The notes: generated by a model from the sequence alone, not told the origin. A stretch of DNA of 64,000 nucleotides from Octopus vulgaris (GCA_951406725.2 OX597815.1:118606001-118670000), one strand, 5' to 3'; counted from the stretch's first letter, positions 38,814-51,400 are shown. A program made the numbers and translations.

Positions 38814-41800
38814 AACCTTTGAAATTTATGCAAAAAAAAAGTAAATATTAAACAACAACAAATTGTACTTAGAAAGTTTTTAAACCTGCTTCCTACAGGG
38901 CACTTCAGAAGCAAGGTTTGAGAATGAATACACACACGTCCACATGGATTATTTTAAATACCAATTTTCAGCGTGATATTTATTGATTTATTCTTTAAGA
39001 TTTTTTATTTAGTTACTGTCAAAGTATGACGAAATCTAGAAAACAAGTCAAAATACATTTGTATTATAGATGTTATACTTATTAAAATAGTATACTCTGT
39101 GACTACTTGAGGAAAACATTTTTGAATTACCAAGTTAAAAAGTGCATTTCTTGCCAAGTCCGATAAAATGTAACGATAATAAGCTTATTTAGTTATCTAC
39201 CTAAACTTTCTAGATACTTTTTAGAAAAGATTTCCATACATTTATTTCAAAAGAAAGCATGTATTTATTCTTGAATTTTGAACGGTTGATCCTAGAGGTG
39301 ATAATCTGAATTTTTCTCACAAAGCAATCGTAATTGTTTGTCAGAAAATTCTGATGGGAAAAATGCTTAAAGGAGGATTCCATTAGATTCTGATGATTAC
39401 AATATGAACATTAGCCATTTATAACGAGATTAAAGTTCAAGCTCGACAAAACTAGAACGAGCGAGGCATACATACGATAACAATGACTGTCAGGGCATTG
39501 GAAGACGCAATACGGCAGAACTTTGCAACTTCTGTCTTACCTTCAAATAGTTTGAGAATGAAACAAATCTAGCGTCCTAAATTAGAGTTAAAAGGGGTTT
39601 ACCCTTTGTTTCAAGATAAAGATGTATAGTAAGCTAAGCAAATAACGACGCAATGTTAGGAGTGCCATGAAGTTGCCTTCGTGGCGCTATCACAGCAAGA
39701 TATCTTTTATATTTGCTGCAGTCACAGACTACGGCCAAGCTGGGCACCGCCTTCGCGGGTTTAGGCAGTTTTTTTTTTTATAAATTCTAGTACTTATTAT
39801 ATCAATCTTTTCGCCAAACCCTAAGTTACGGGGACGTAATCAAACCAATATCAGTTGTCAAGTGGGGTGGGGTAAACACTAACATATACAAACGCCGGGC
39901 TTCCACAGTTTCCGCCAACAAAATTCGCTCAAGACATTGCCCAAGATGCCGGATAGCGAAACAGAACCTAAAACTAAGTTCTTAATCACAAGGCCTATAT
40001 AAGCAATCTTGTTTACAATCGAATCTCGTAAACTTAGGATCGTTAATTCTAAACAGGAGGAAACTGAGACAAATTCTGAACTTTGCAGTCATATTTGAAA
40101 AATTGACTAGGCTTCAAAATACTATGTTGATGAATATAATTGTGCCTGGGGTTGTTCCGGGTATAAAGTAAAATCTTAGCAAGATGAAACAAATCAAAAG
40201 AAAATCTTTTTGATTACAATTTTTCGAACATTGGTCGATATTTCTAACACAATCAGCAACATGGAATGATGTCGATTTACTCGTCTTCTGTATTCGAAAA
40301 ATTTTGGAAGGTAAGTCGACCTCGCCAAGATTTGAAAAGATGTATTTCAATACCATGAAGCATTTTGGGCAGAATTGTTTCTATCACTGACTTGGAAAAT
40401 TTTTTATGAAAATGAATTTTTAACAGACATGAAACTACATATGGGTGACGATCAATGAGTCAACCCTAGTTACCCAAGTTCTTAAAGGATAACAGTTTTT
40501 AAGTAACTGCCCCCACCTCGAAGCCCCATACATCATGAAAGGAGCACGGGAGACGGCAAAAATGCATAATAGAAATTTTTGGATAATCGTTTTTCCAGGA
40601 TTATTTCCGTTGTATGGAAGAAGTATACAGGAAAGTAAAGAAAACAACTCTTGCTTTTCTCTGGTACTTCGAAATATAGGTATTCCAAAACTCCGCCCGC
40701 CAAGGGACGAAATAATCAAATCCCTCCGGTATAGTTTCTACTATTCTCTCTTTAAAACAAGGAACATTGTAGGGCTTCTGTAATGCTCGCAAGTGCAGGG
40801 ACGAATTTGCAAACACGGGTCCAACCTAAGATGCTTAAAACATTTCTGTCTTTTTTGCCCACCGACCAAAAAAAAAAAAATTTAGGGACTGAGTTTGTAT
40901 CCCCCGTTCCCGAGCCTATGGTTTATTTATTTAAAACAGATACACTCTACATGAAAAAGATGACCCTAGAGACGATTTGCTATGTTGTTAGATCTCCAGT
41001 TCGTAATCTAAAACTTTGTCATGTTTTGTAAGTGTTTTTACAACTTTACGCTGGACTTTTAATAGTTTTGAATAGGAACGTGACAAACTTGCGATATTAC
41101 CAGTTTAACGAGCAGTTTTAAAGTTACTTCCAGGATACGTTAACTGCATCATCACAATGCATTTACATTTAGATACAAAATACGTCCATATATTTAGACG
41201 TGTTGTAGCCGTTCTAGAAATCAGTTTTAATTAACATTCGGACATAAATTTGATTGGACGGAGGGGACAACAACGATATAAGTAAATTATAGGAAAAAAT
41301 ACAGGAATAAATTTTTCAGACTATGCTGAAAATATTTAAATTTCAACACATTTAATTATTTAATTTTTAAAATAACTTAAAATCAATGTGATCGGGACAG
41401 AATTTCTCAAAATGCATTTTAGGGCGAGAAGTAAATAAGGTTACATGAAATTAAATAAAAATTGAAAATAAAACTAATTTTACAATAATACTGCATAGAA
41501 AAACGCGCCAAAAAGTACAGACGTTAAAAAAAAGTTTATTAAGGAAACTGCATTGTAAATGTACATTTTTATACAGTTTATAGCTTACGTTTACTTCCAT
41601 TTGATTTAACAAATCGCAAAAAAAATAATTCGCACACATAACTTAAAAGCTGAAAATAGATGAAGACTAGACCCTAATCTTTTGTTACTACCCTCCACTT
41701 ATTTGCCGGGCGCCATTGTCAATATGACACCATTTTAGGGAGAAGTCTATTTTAACTGTCAGAACAATAAAAAATTAAAAAAACAAAAATCTGGGCTACA

Positions 41801-43071
41801 GTACTTGTATGATAAAAGTGAATTTTTCTTACAACTGACTGTCTATATCGCAAATGGTACATACAGTGGCATACAACAACCGTGAAAATCAAATCCCTTT
41901 CATTCACAAAGCTCTTTAACCACCGCCACGTTGTTAAGTGTCTATAACATGTTCCAGATTCACGATATTTACCATTATCAATCATACAAAGGAGACGGAA
42001 TTCAGGAAAGAGCTGCAGCCTGACAAAAACTTTATTATAAATGTAAATTTCTAAAAACAATTTTCTATAAAAATAATGGCATTTTTTAAAATGATGGTAA
42101 TGAAAATTCCTTCTTCCCTTACATGGGAGGAAAATTTTCCGCAAGGATTTGTTTATCAAACTTCTGAAAGTCGCCAGAAAAAACAAAGTATGGAATTATT
42201 AAGCATAGTAAGAATAAAACGAAAATGCTATTTTGCTATTAAAGCGATACATGTAGACGACAGTAAAACCGAATATTCTTCATTAATTCTACTGTCAGTC
42301 TACATTGCTCAGAGAGCTTCTCTAAAAATTGACAGAAATCCCTAGGTGCAGGTGGAAAGAGGGGAATATATCGACTCAGTCCCTCATCTCAGTCATTGCT
42401 GAAGCATGCGGGAAATGCATGAGGAGGGGGCGAAAAAATCGATTTATAATTCAACTAACAGGACATTCTCTGAAAATACCATTATTGTTCTGAACATGCT
42501 TACATCATACTATTCAGATCTCTTCTTAACCTTGAATATCCCATTATCAAAGAATATTTTGTTATCAATGAGATACAATAGATTTGGTTATCAGATAAAT
42601 ACTGATAAACTTTTAAGGGGAGGAAGGCAGCAATAACCAGACTTGCAGCCCTTAAGAATCGTCATCGCCATTACTGTTCAGATTCTTTATTTCAAAAATA
42701 TAGTTTAAAAAAGATGGAGAAGTATGTATAAAAAAATATTTTAAAATGTGAGAAATGAAAGCCTAGTCAAAAATACTTTTAAGAAATTATCGAAAAAAAA
42801 AATGAGCTGAGTTTGTAGTGCCAATAAAATAGTAATTAACCTTCAACGTAAAAAATACAAACTACGCCAAATTAAAAACGTCAGACACGTGTTATAATAT
42901 TTACATTCATAAGTTTCCATCTACCTATTATTGAGAATCAGAACCCGATGAAATATTTGACCCTTAAACGCCATACTAACAGGAAATCCCTCTCCTTCTC
43001 CAATAAATCACTAAATTTATAACTCTGAGATTTTGTACAAAATTCCATAGATTTGTAAATAATAAACTCAC

Positions 43072-43083
43072 CAATTAACTGTC
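43072..43083 (-). CDS. Candidate 12-nt innexin microexon (GACAGTTAATTG), phase 2-2, adds Thr-Val-Asn-Trp
   Basis: ttactatcag|GACAGTTAATTG|gtgagtttatt; consensus donor; about 80-nt AG-free zone upstream but weak pyrimidine tract. Confidence 0.5.
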
Positions 43084-43533
43084 CTGATAGTAATATTGTT
43101 TGTGATTTCGTGGGAGTACAATTTTATATTAAATATATATATATATATGTATGCGTGTGGAGAATATTCTACATGCTACATAATTAATTTTATATTCAGA
43201 TACAAATAAAATGGAAAGATGGATCTTTGAGCTTTAAGCATTCTTCTTCATAGAACCTTCTTCATAGAACTCGCTTAATTTGTTGGGATTAATCGTTCGA
43301 TACTATATAGTCAAATGCTAAAAAAAAAAATTCTAACGTTTTCTTTTATAGGAATAATGGTACTAAAATGTTAGTTCAGTCAGAGCTCAGGTAAATTAAT
43401 TGATTAAAGAGAACTGTAGCGGCGGTGTTAATAAGTTCAAAAACAAAACAAAACAAAAACTTTAGTCTATGCATGTAATAAAGAACATTCCATACGTTAA
43501 ATGTATTGTCTTTGGTATACAAACTGTACTTAC

Positions 43534-43850
43534 ATGTTTTCTTACTGATGTTTAAACTCGCAAGTTTCTTTTATAAAACTATGTAAAGAAAACTTTTATG
43601 TTAAGAAGGATGGCTGAGAATAAATGCTATCTCATAAATTTCCTTCATCAATATCGCGGCTTCTTTCTCTTCTGGCTTGGAGTTTCAGAAAAGTGCACAT
43701 GTTTGGAAAGCCCCCCTCAGAGAATATCGTCTATGCACGTTGCTTGTAAACATTAGAAGAACGAACCCACAACAGAAAGTAGTTCGTAGATAAAACACAC
43801 GCTCGTCGACGACGAAGACAGATCAGCTCTCTCTTTCTCTGCAAGCGACA
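43534..43850 (-). other. Predicted first exon of the innexin (5' UTR plus the first two bases, AT, of the start codon); 5' end approximate
   Basis: taa gaa aac AT|gtaagtac: consensus donor; in-frame TAA just upstream; AAAACATG context after splicing; repeat-free and CpG-retaining. Confidence 0.65.
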
Positions 43851-44040
43851 CTTTTTGTTAACAATGACATTTCTCACTCATACTACTACCTCTGTTATGT
43901 TCTTACTCATACTACTCCCTCTCTCATTTCCTTCAGCTTTTTTATCAGACCTCCACTTTTATCAACTTTCCTCTTACCCTCTTTAAAAGTTTCTACCACC
44001 CCTGTCTTTCTTCCTCTTATTTCTTCTTTCAGTCTATTTG
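43790..44040 (-). promoter_or_regulatory. Putative innexin promoter region
   Basis: CpG cluster (cgctcgtcgacgacg) and GA/CT-rich tract directly upstream of the predicted exon 1; repeat density rises sharply beyond about 44.3 kb. Confidence 0.35.
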
Positions 44041-44342
44041 TTTCATTCCGGCCTTTTCCACGTTTGTTACTGTCTATACTTATCTAGTAGACCCAATATC
44101 ACAGGCGTTCCAGTCGTGACAGTGTCATTTATATTTTTATTTTCGAACATAAGTTTCTGTAAAACGACATAATCTAATATCTCCTTCCGTTTTTTTTTCA
44201 GACTGTTAAGTGTGTGATTTGAAGGAAATTTGGATACTAATTGCAGCAGGTCGAGTGACCAACTGCTTCATTAATTTATTTTTTTTGTTAAATTATATTA
44301 CATTAATTCATTTGTTTATATTTGAACCTCCTTGTGGTTGCA

Positions 44343-44378
<36 letters not shown>

Positions 44379-44514
44379 ACATACATCCAGGGTGTCTCGT
44401 AACGGATGGGCACATTTCGAACGCAAGTAACTAGGACTGAAACAAACATTTATTAAGAAAAGTATATACTACATAACCATGGTACAGGAGTTCAAGGTTT
44501 GAATACTAGGTCCT

Positions 44515-44858
44515 TCGTCTGCCGTTACGTTCTGAGTTCAAATTCCGCCGAGGTCGACTTTGCCTTTCATCCTTTCGGGGTCGATAAATTAAGTACCTGT
44601 TACGCACTGGAGTCGATGTAATCGACTTAATACCTATGTCTGTCCTTGTTTGTCCCCTCTATCTTTAGCCCCTTGTGGGTAGTAAAGAAATAAATATTAG
44701 GTCCTTCAGACGGCTACCAACTCCAAGAGAGCATCTCCGGGCTCTCCCTTTCATGGCCATAATAGTACGATGCCACAGATCAGCTGGTTTGCGCTGTTTC
44801 TTTCCCTGTGTTGTGCCCCATCATTACGACATTATGAGACGCCCTGTGTGTGTGCGAG

Positions 44859-44889
<31 letters not shown>

Positions 44890-45285
44890 TCGTTTAAAAG
44901 TAATTTACTATTTTTTTATTATTTGCCAAATTCTGCCGCGGTCTACTTTGCCTTTCATCCTTTCGGGGTCGATGAAATAAGTACCAGTTGAGTACTGAGG
45001 TCGATGTAATCGACTGTCCCCCACTCCAAATTTCAGGCCTTGTACCTATAGCAGAAAGGATTATTATTATTATTTAGACTGGCAGAATCGTTAGCATGCC
45101 ATACGAAATGCTCGCCGGCATTTCGTCCGTCTCTAAGTTCTGAGTCCAAATTCCGCCCAGGTCAGCTTTGCCTTTCATCCTTTCGGGAGTCGATAACATA
45201 AGCACCATTGAGGACTGGGGTCAATGCAATCGACTTACCCCCTCCCCCAAATTTGAGCCCTTGTGCCTTTAGTAGAAAGGAGCAT
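44515..45285 (+). mobile_element. Cluster of SINE family B copies
   Basis: Cores at about 44550, 44945 and 45165. Confidence 0.85.
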
Positions 45286-46919
45286 TGTTATTATTTGCAT
45301 GTATGGTTGATTGGTTGATAAGTCCGTCTTGCAAGTGCGTCGTTGCGAGTTCAGGAAGTGTCTTTGGCTATAGTTACGGATTAATCAATGCCTTGTGAAG
45401 GAATTTGGTTGACGGAAACTATACCCGTACCTTGGCGTTTCGGCAAAATTAACCAAAATACTAAGATCTAGACTTAAAAAGAATTAAAAAAGCACGAGGA
45501 TCGATTTCTTCGATTGAAATCATTCTCGGTGGTGTGTAAGCAGAGCTGCAGTCCAATGACTGAAGCAAGTAAAGACATAAGAGAAACAGGAGGTGAGCAT
45601 GTATTCTTAGTACTTTTTCAGTGAGGTTTTTACCTTTTATGATAGTGTAGTAGAAAAAGAATACATCGTTGCATGTTCAAGAGAACTTAGGTGAAGTTAA
45701 GCTGCGGTGTCCTCACTTCTGTAGAAACACTGGCAAAATTACTAGAGCGCCGGGAAAAAATTACTCTGCAGTATTTTCTCTCGTTCTTTACATTCTGGGT
45801 TCAAATTCGGCCGAGATTCTCCTGGAAGTCGATAAAATGAAGTACAAAGTAAAGTACTGGAGTTAATGGTATCGCCTAACCTATCTGCTTTAAATTACCA
45901 CTATTGTGCCTAAGTTAGAAGCAATTATTATTATTATACGAGAAGAAGCTTTACAAACAATAGTTAGTTTAGAAGCTTAACAAACAATAGTTAGTTTAGA
46001 AACTATAAGGTAACGAGCTGGCGGGATCGTTGGTGCGTCGAACAAAATGCTTAGCAGCATTTCTTTCAGCTCTATACGCTCTGAATTCAGACCCTGTCGT
46101 GGTCAACTTTGCCTTCCGTTCTTTCTGGGTCGATAAAATAAAGTACAGGCTAACGACCGGGGGCGATGTAATCAACTAAACTCCCAAACTTTGAAAGCTG
46201 CTAGCCTTTTGCCAAAATTAGAAACCCTTATCTTAGTGAATGGATATCGTATTTACCGTCATACAAGTCGACGAATGAGTAGTATATGGCGTAAACATTC
46301 AAATATCGTGACTATGTTTCAAAAGCACGTTGCATTTCACATGGAATTTTTGGTCCTCCGAAGTCGTTTTGGTGTATAAGTCAACCTACCATCTTTTGGT
46401 TGAAAATTTAGGCCTGGAAAATTTCATTTGTCTGCTGGAAAATGCAGTATATGCTAATATATACTAAGTTTGGTTCATCAATCACAAACGATATACACCA
46501 GACTCTATGCACCAAGTGAAAGTGGAAGCCATAAGGTGGTCGTTCAAGCTGTTAGAAATAGCAACCAAATCTTTCTCATCGCACCCAACTGTCTTAAACC
46601 AGGGAGGCTTTGCATAATGTAGTCCCACTTATAATGTCTGAAAAATAGAAAAACGACAGGAAAGTCGTAGATCAACTTGACTTATCTATACGTTAAGAAC
46701 ACGAGAGCTTAGCTTCTCTACTCGATTTCTGCAAAAGTAAAAGAAACGAAAAATCCATTCTAAAATGAGAACGGATGATCATTATGTTTGAGAATGACTT
46801 TTGATCTTTTGCTTGGTCTAACTGGATTGATCTTGGCCTAAACAACAACAACAACAACATTCTACGACAAATCGATATATCTACACGCACAAACATACGT
46901 ATAGGTACACACATATGTG

Positions 46920-47077
46920 TAGGTGTGGCTCTGTGGTAAGAAGTTTGCTTCCAACCACATGGTTCCATGTTCAGTTCCACTGCATGGCACCTTGAATAAA
47001 AATCTCCTACAATAGCTTCGGACTAACCAAAGCTTTGTGAATGGATTCGGTAGGCAGAAACTGAAAGAAACCCGTTG

Positions 47078-47114
<37 letters not shown>

Positions 47115-47270
47115 GTGTGTGTGTTTGTGTTTGTGTTTCTCCACCAACACCATTTGTCAAACAGTGTTGGTGTCCCCGTAACTTAACGGTTCGGCCAAAG
47201 AGACCGATAGAATAAGAACCAGGTTTTAAGAAGTACTGGGGTCATTCGACAAAAAACCCTTCAAGGTGCT
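46920..47270 (+). mobile_element. SINE family A
   Basis: Similarity to the 9562 copy. Confidence 0.85.
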
Positions 47271-47630
47271 TTATTAATCCATACGATCGTTTCAACCCAT
47301 CTTGCATCGGTCATTCGCGGCTGAGATACTGCACAACTGGTAGTGGTGCATACTTCAGTGTAGCTATGTCTCATCAAGTAACTTTTCAAAAAGTACCTCG
47401 CAAAATACGTCGATATGACCCTTATGATTAACAAAAGAATCTTGTGAATCCCATTTTCTGCTTCTCTCGTTTGGTATATTCTCGATGGACATTAAGGAAT
47501 TCCTGAGGTAGATCCAGAGGCATTTATATCAATACTATGGATGACATCAGGAAGCCATAGACAGTAAAAGTGCTTTAATTGGCATACTATCAGTGTATAT
47601 ATATATATATGCAAGTATACACACACATAC

Positions 47631-47684
<54 letters not shown>

Positions 47685-47689
<5 letters not shown>

Positions 47690-47860
47690 GGGAATCCACT
47701 ATGTGGACACATTTATGCTAGAAATAGATCCGCTACGGTCTCACCACTAAGAAATGTTCTCAAGAAAAATTCAGCAAAACAACCAAAACATTTCTTAGTG
47801 GTGAAACCGTAGCGGATCTATTTCTAGCATAAGGGTGTCCACGTAGAGGTTTCCCTCTAA
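47685..47860. repeat. Foldback element (about 73-bp arms) in (TA)n
   Basis: ttagagggaa..tagaaatagatccgctacggtctcaccactaagaaatgtt / aacatttcttagtggtgaaaccgtagcggatctatttctag..ttccctctaa. Confidence 0.9.
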
Positions 47861-48094
47861 TATATATATAATACAATTTTACTGAACCTTCAGTTTTTTT
47901 TATATGCTAGACCACTGGTGTGAAATCGATGTTAATTAAATTAATATCTAATTTCTCACCCTCATTTTAAATTATATATATATACACACACACATACATA
48001 CTTATATAAAAAATATATGCATACATACACATATACACATATATAATTCCTCTATTTACCTAATATCGAAGTCTCATTCTTTTATTGTCATTTT

Positions 48095-48108
48095 ATTATT
48101 ATTATTAC

Positions 48109-48145
<37 letters not shown>

Positions 48146-48150
48146 GTTAT

Positions 48151-48209
<59 letters not shown>

Positions 48210-48230
48210 TTAATATTATTATTATTATAT
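48095..48230. repeat. (ATT)n/(ACT)n microsatellite
   Basis: Seen directly. Confidence 0.95.
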
Positions 48231-48321
48231 AGTGAGAATTTACACAAAAAAATAAAAGACGAAGACGAGTGTGTAAACAAAAAACAGGTGTATTAGTTTA
48301 ACGTTCGGGAAATGAGAAAGT

Positions 48322-48357
48322 CTTTTATGTTTCGAGCCTACGCTCTTCGACAGAAAG
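48322..48357 (-). ncRNA. Minimal type I hammerhead-like motif (A6U variant, degenerate)
   Basis: CUUU CUGUCGA A GAGC-GUAG-GCUC GAAAC AUA AAAG. Confidence 0.45.
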
Positions 48358-50250
48358 GAACTGAAATAAACAGGGAGAGGAAATAGAAAAAAGTATAGTG
48401 GCTAACGATCTATCATTGCGAATATATATATATATACAAGCATATACACAGTAGAATCTCTATCACTGATACTGTCTCTGAGATTAGAAGGTAAAAATTC
48501 ATTTCTGGGGGCGTCTAAAATCTTAAAATGACAGTAGTCAAAGTAGATAACCCCAATAACATCAGCCTTATTTAAATTTGGGGGAAATAAAGATAATGCA
48601 ATTCGGAGTAATTCATATTTTTTTAATTAGAGGGTCTTGTTTCTTAAATTAATTTGATTATTTTCTGGAGGTTTTGGATGAGAGTTGCTTGTAGAATTGC
48701 CTGTGGAATTGTTTGGTATCCTGTTTGTGGGATATACCTATATAGGAATAAAAATTGTGCATTAAAGCCTCTGGTTACTTATAGACGTGAGCTGTCCTCT
48801 ATTTGATACTTAATAATATCGTAATGTACTGAGCTATCCCGGACTTCCTCCTCCCATTCCGGAATCAGAGAAGCCGGGCGGCCAATTTGATCCAGGTGAT
48901 ATGTAACACCTCCTGCTACGAGGCTTAAACCAATGACTTTATGAGAAAAAAGTGTTGTTTTAGCTGATTCATCAAAGAATTCATCACATTTCACGGATTT
49001 CAGACTGCCACGGTGAGAAAACAATTGACAGAATGAGAAATCTTTGTTGTTTGCTCTGACGGCCAAATTACTAATAGAAACTTGTTACTCTAATATACAT
49101 GAGTACATAATGTACGCTTTAGAAACCTTCCATTGTATTTCATCATCACATATAATGAACAGGCTAAGCTCTACATTTGATATTTATCTCAGATTTCGAA
49201 AATCTTCTCAAAAATTCAACCAAGCCTGAAAATTAACTTCGCTTAATTTTCAGTTTAACGACTTCATTACTCCCTTCGTCAGCATGACGTTCTCCTCTAC
49301 TAAAACTATTAAAATTACGAGCAATTATAACGAAAGTGAATATCAAATAGTGTATATGATGGCATGTAAGATGCCTCGGGCCCTCTATGCAAAGTTGAGC
49401 TTCTCATAAGCTATTTTGTTCCTGACGCTCTTTCTCCTGAACATGCCCTTCTGAAATTGGAGTACGTCTAATATGTCCGTGCGTTTTTTATCTCACCAAA
49501 TACGGTAGTTTCAAGAGGTTTCATTTTTATCGAGATTAAAATTAGTGGTGGAAACAGTGGAGTACGTAGAGGTTTAGCGTTCCCGTTCTATGAGGATACT
49601 CGTTTAGTCTAGTCCTGCCACCTTTCATCTTATCTATAGCTTTATGGATCTCATCATGCCTCATGTTCCTAAAATCCATTCCCATTATTGCGCAAAAAGT
49701 TTTCACCCCACTTTATATCTAAGCTAATATTTCGTCATTGCAGAAGTTAGCATTACACGTTCAAAGACAATAACCTGACCACGTTTAGTCAATTATAACA
49801 ATTAATTCATCGAGTTGCTATTCGTAGAGAATGTAAGCAAGAATTTGCCGTAAAGCATCAAAACAATTACGTACTCTACGGTACTGTATATATACTCTAC
49901 GGTACTGTATATATTTAGTTTTCTGAGCACGAAGAAACGATGAAATAAAACAGTTATGATGTAACTTTATCTTTCTGCTTTCGGGAAATTTTCCTGGTGC
50001 AATTTAAAACGTATATTGTTTCTGCTTTAGCGCGGATATACTGAAACCGTCTCAAGTTTCCAGAAAGAAGAGCCTCTGAAACTGATGTGGTGGGGTGAAG
50101 GAGAAATGCCTCCTCAAACTGCAGATCTGGTCCGAATGTTACTAACAAAGTGGATTCTACTAAAGGCACCCAACGGCCAAGTGCTGATGTTAAACGGGGA
50201 GACAGATCAACATCATCGTCTAACATTCAGTCACCTCCTTTAAGTGGTGC

Positions 50251-50439
50251 AATGGAAAAGTCACTAGCATCCCATATGAATTCTCTACAACAGGGATCAA
50301 AACCAAGCTGCATGTGCAACTGGCCAAGCAGGAGCTTACTTTGTAATGGAAAAATCACTAGCATCCCATATGAATTCTCTACAACAGGGATCAAAACCAA
50401 GCTGCAGGTGCAACTGGCAAAGCAGGAGCTTACTTTGTA
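50251..50439. repeat. 94-bp tandem duplication (two copies)
   Basis: aatggaaaagtcactagcatcccatatg..gagcttactttgt starts at 50251 and again at 50345. Confidence 0.95.
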
Positions 50440-50799
50440 AACTACGTCATTTTCTTACCGGAAACTAGAACTTGATATCAAAGTTTACAGTCCAAAATTC
50501 GTTGATTTGTGTTAAAATGATCGATCATAAAAACACAAGATAAAAGAAAAACGTGTTAATTTTATCACCCGACAAGATTTTCACCATCAAACACTTTTTT
50601 GCTTGATTATGTTACAAATGGACCACGACAGAAAGAGTTAAATGCTTTAATATATCTAATTCGAAATATCAGTGTTCCGAGTTAGAATATACCAAGGATT
50701 GGCTTTACACTTCATCTCATATATACATATATAGGCGTAGGAGTGGCTGTGTGGTAAGTAGCTTGTTTACGAACCACATAGCTCCGGGTTCAGTCCCAC

Positions 50800-51040
50800 T
50801 GGCGTAGTGGTTAAGAGCGCGAGCAACTAACTCCAAGATTCCGAGTTCGATTCCGGGCAGTGACCTGAATAATAATAATAATAATACTATTAATAATAAT
50901 AATAATAATACCTTAGGAATGAGAACCCAGGTTCGAAATTTCTCCAAGATACCTGATGAAGGCTGGAGATAATATAATCCGAAACGTTGTGTTAACAACA
51001 AACAAGATGAGGACAAATATCCGTCAATTGTAAATAATTT
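50800..51040 (+). mobile_element. tRNA-head + (AAT)n + hammerhead repeat unit, copy 1, adjoining a truncated family A SINE head
   Basis: A box tggcgtagtgg, B box gagttcgattcc; GAUAC CUGAUGA A GG..CC GAAAC GUU GUGUU at 50948-50993. Confidence 0.75.
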
Positions 51041-51169
51041 AAATAAAGTAAAGTACCTAAATTCATATTTGACATTTCTAGAATGTGCACATACACATAT
51101 GTATGTAAAACGAGAGGCTAGGTGTAGGCTTAATGTATTTCAGCTAGGAAATTGAATCCCTTGAATCTT

Positions 51170-51400
51170 CTTTACATTAGACGGATATTTGTCCTCATCT
51201 TGTTTGTTGTTAACATAACGTTTCGGCTGATATACCCTCCAACCTTCTTCAGGTGTCTTGGGGAAATTTTGAACCTGGGCTCTCATTCCTAAAGTATTTT
51301 TCGATATTATTATTATTATTATTATTATAATTATTCCCTTTCTGGAATCGAACTCGGAATCTTGGAGGTAGTAGCCCGCTCTCTTAAACACTACGCCATA
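51170..51400 (-). mobile_element. tRNA-head + (AAT)n + hammerhead repeat unit, copy 2 (inverted)
   Basis: GACAC CUGAAGA A GGUUG-gaggguauau-CAGCC GAAAC GUU AUGUU at 51257-51212; a partial third copy lies on + at 51403-51520. Confidence 0.75.

Noticed and set aside
41583-41600. ATG GAA GTA AAC|gtaagc as an alternative first exon
   Set aside because: Phase 0, incompatible with the phase-2 main exon
33802-42508. Other AT|gtaag donors (exon ends at 33808 and 42123, one near 35817, and ATG AT| at 42504) as extra first exons
   Set aside because: A 7-mer expected a few times by chance in 23 kb of AT-rich DNA, with weaker +6 base or initiation context; cannot be excluded without RNA data
48779-49066. 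95-aa minus-strand ORF
   Set aside because: No recognisable motif, start context or splice signals
50800-50866. tRNA gene
   Set aside because: A/B boxes are present but there is no complete cloverleaf or acceptor stem; it is the head of a repeat
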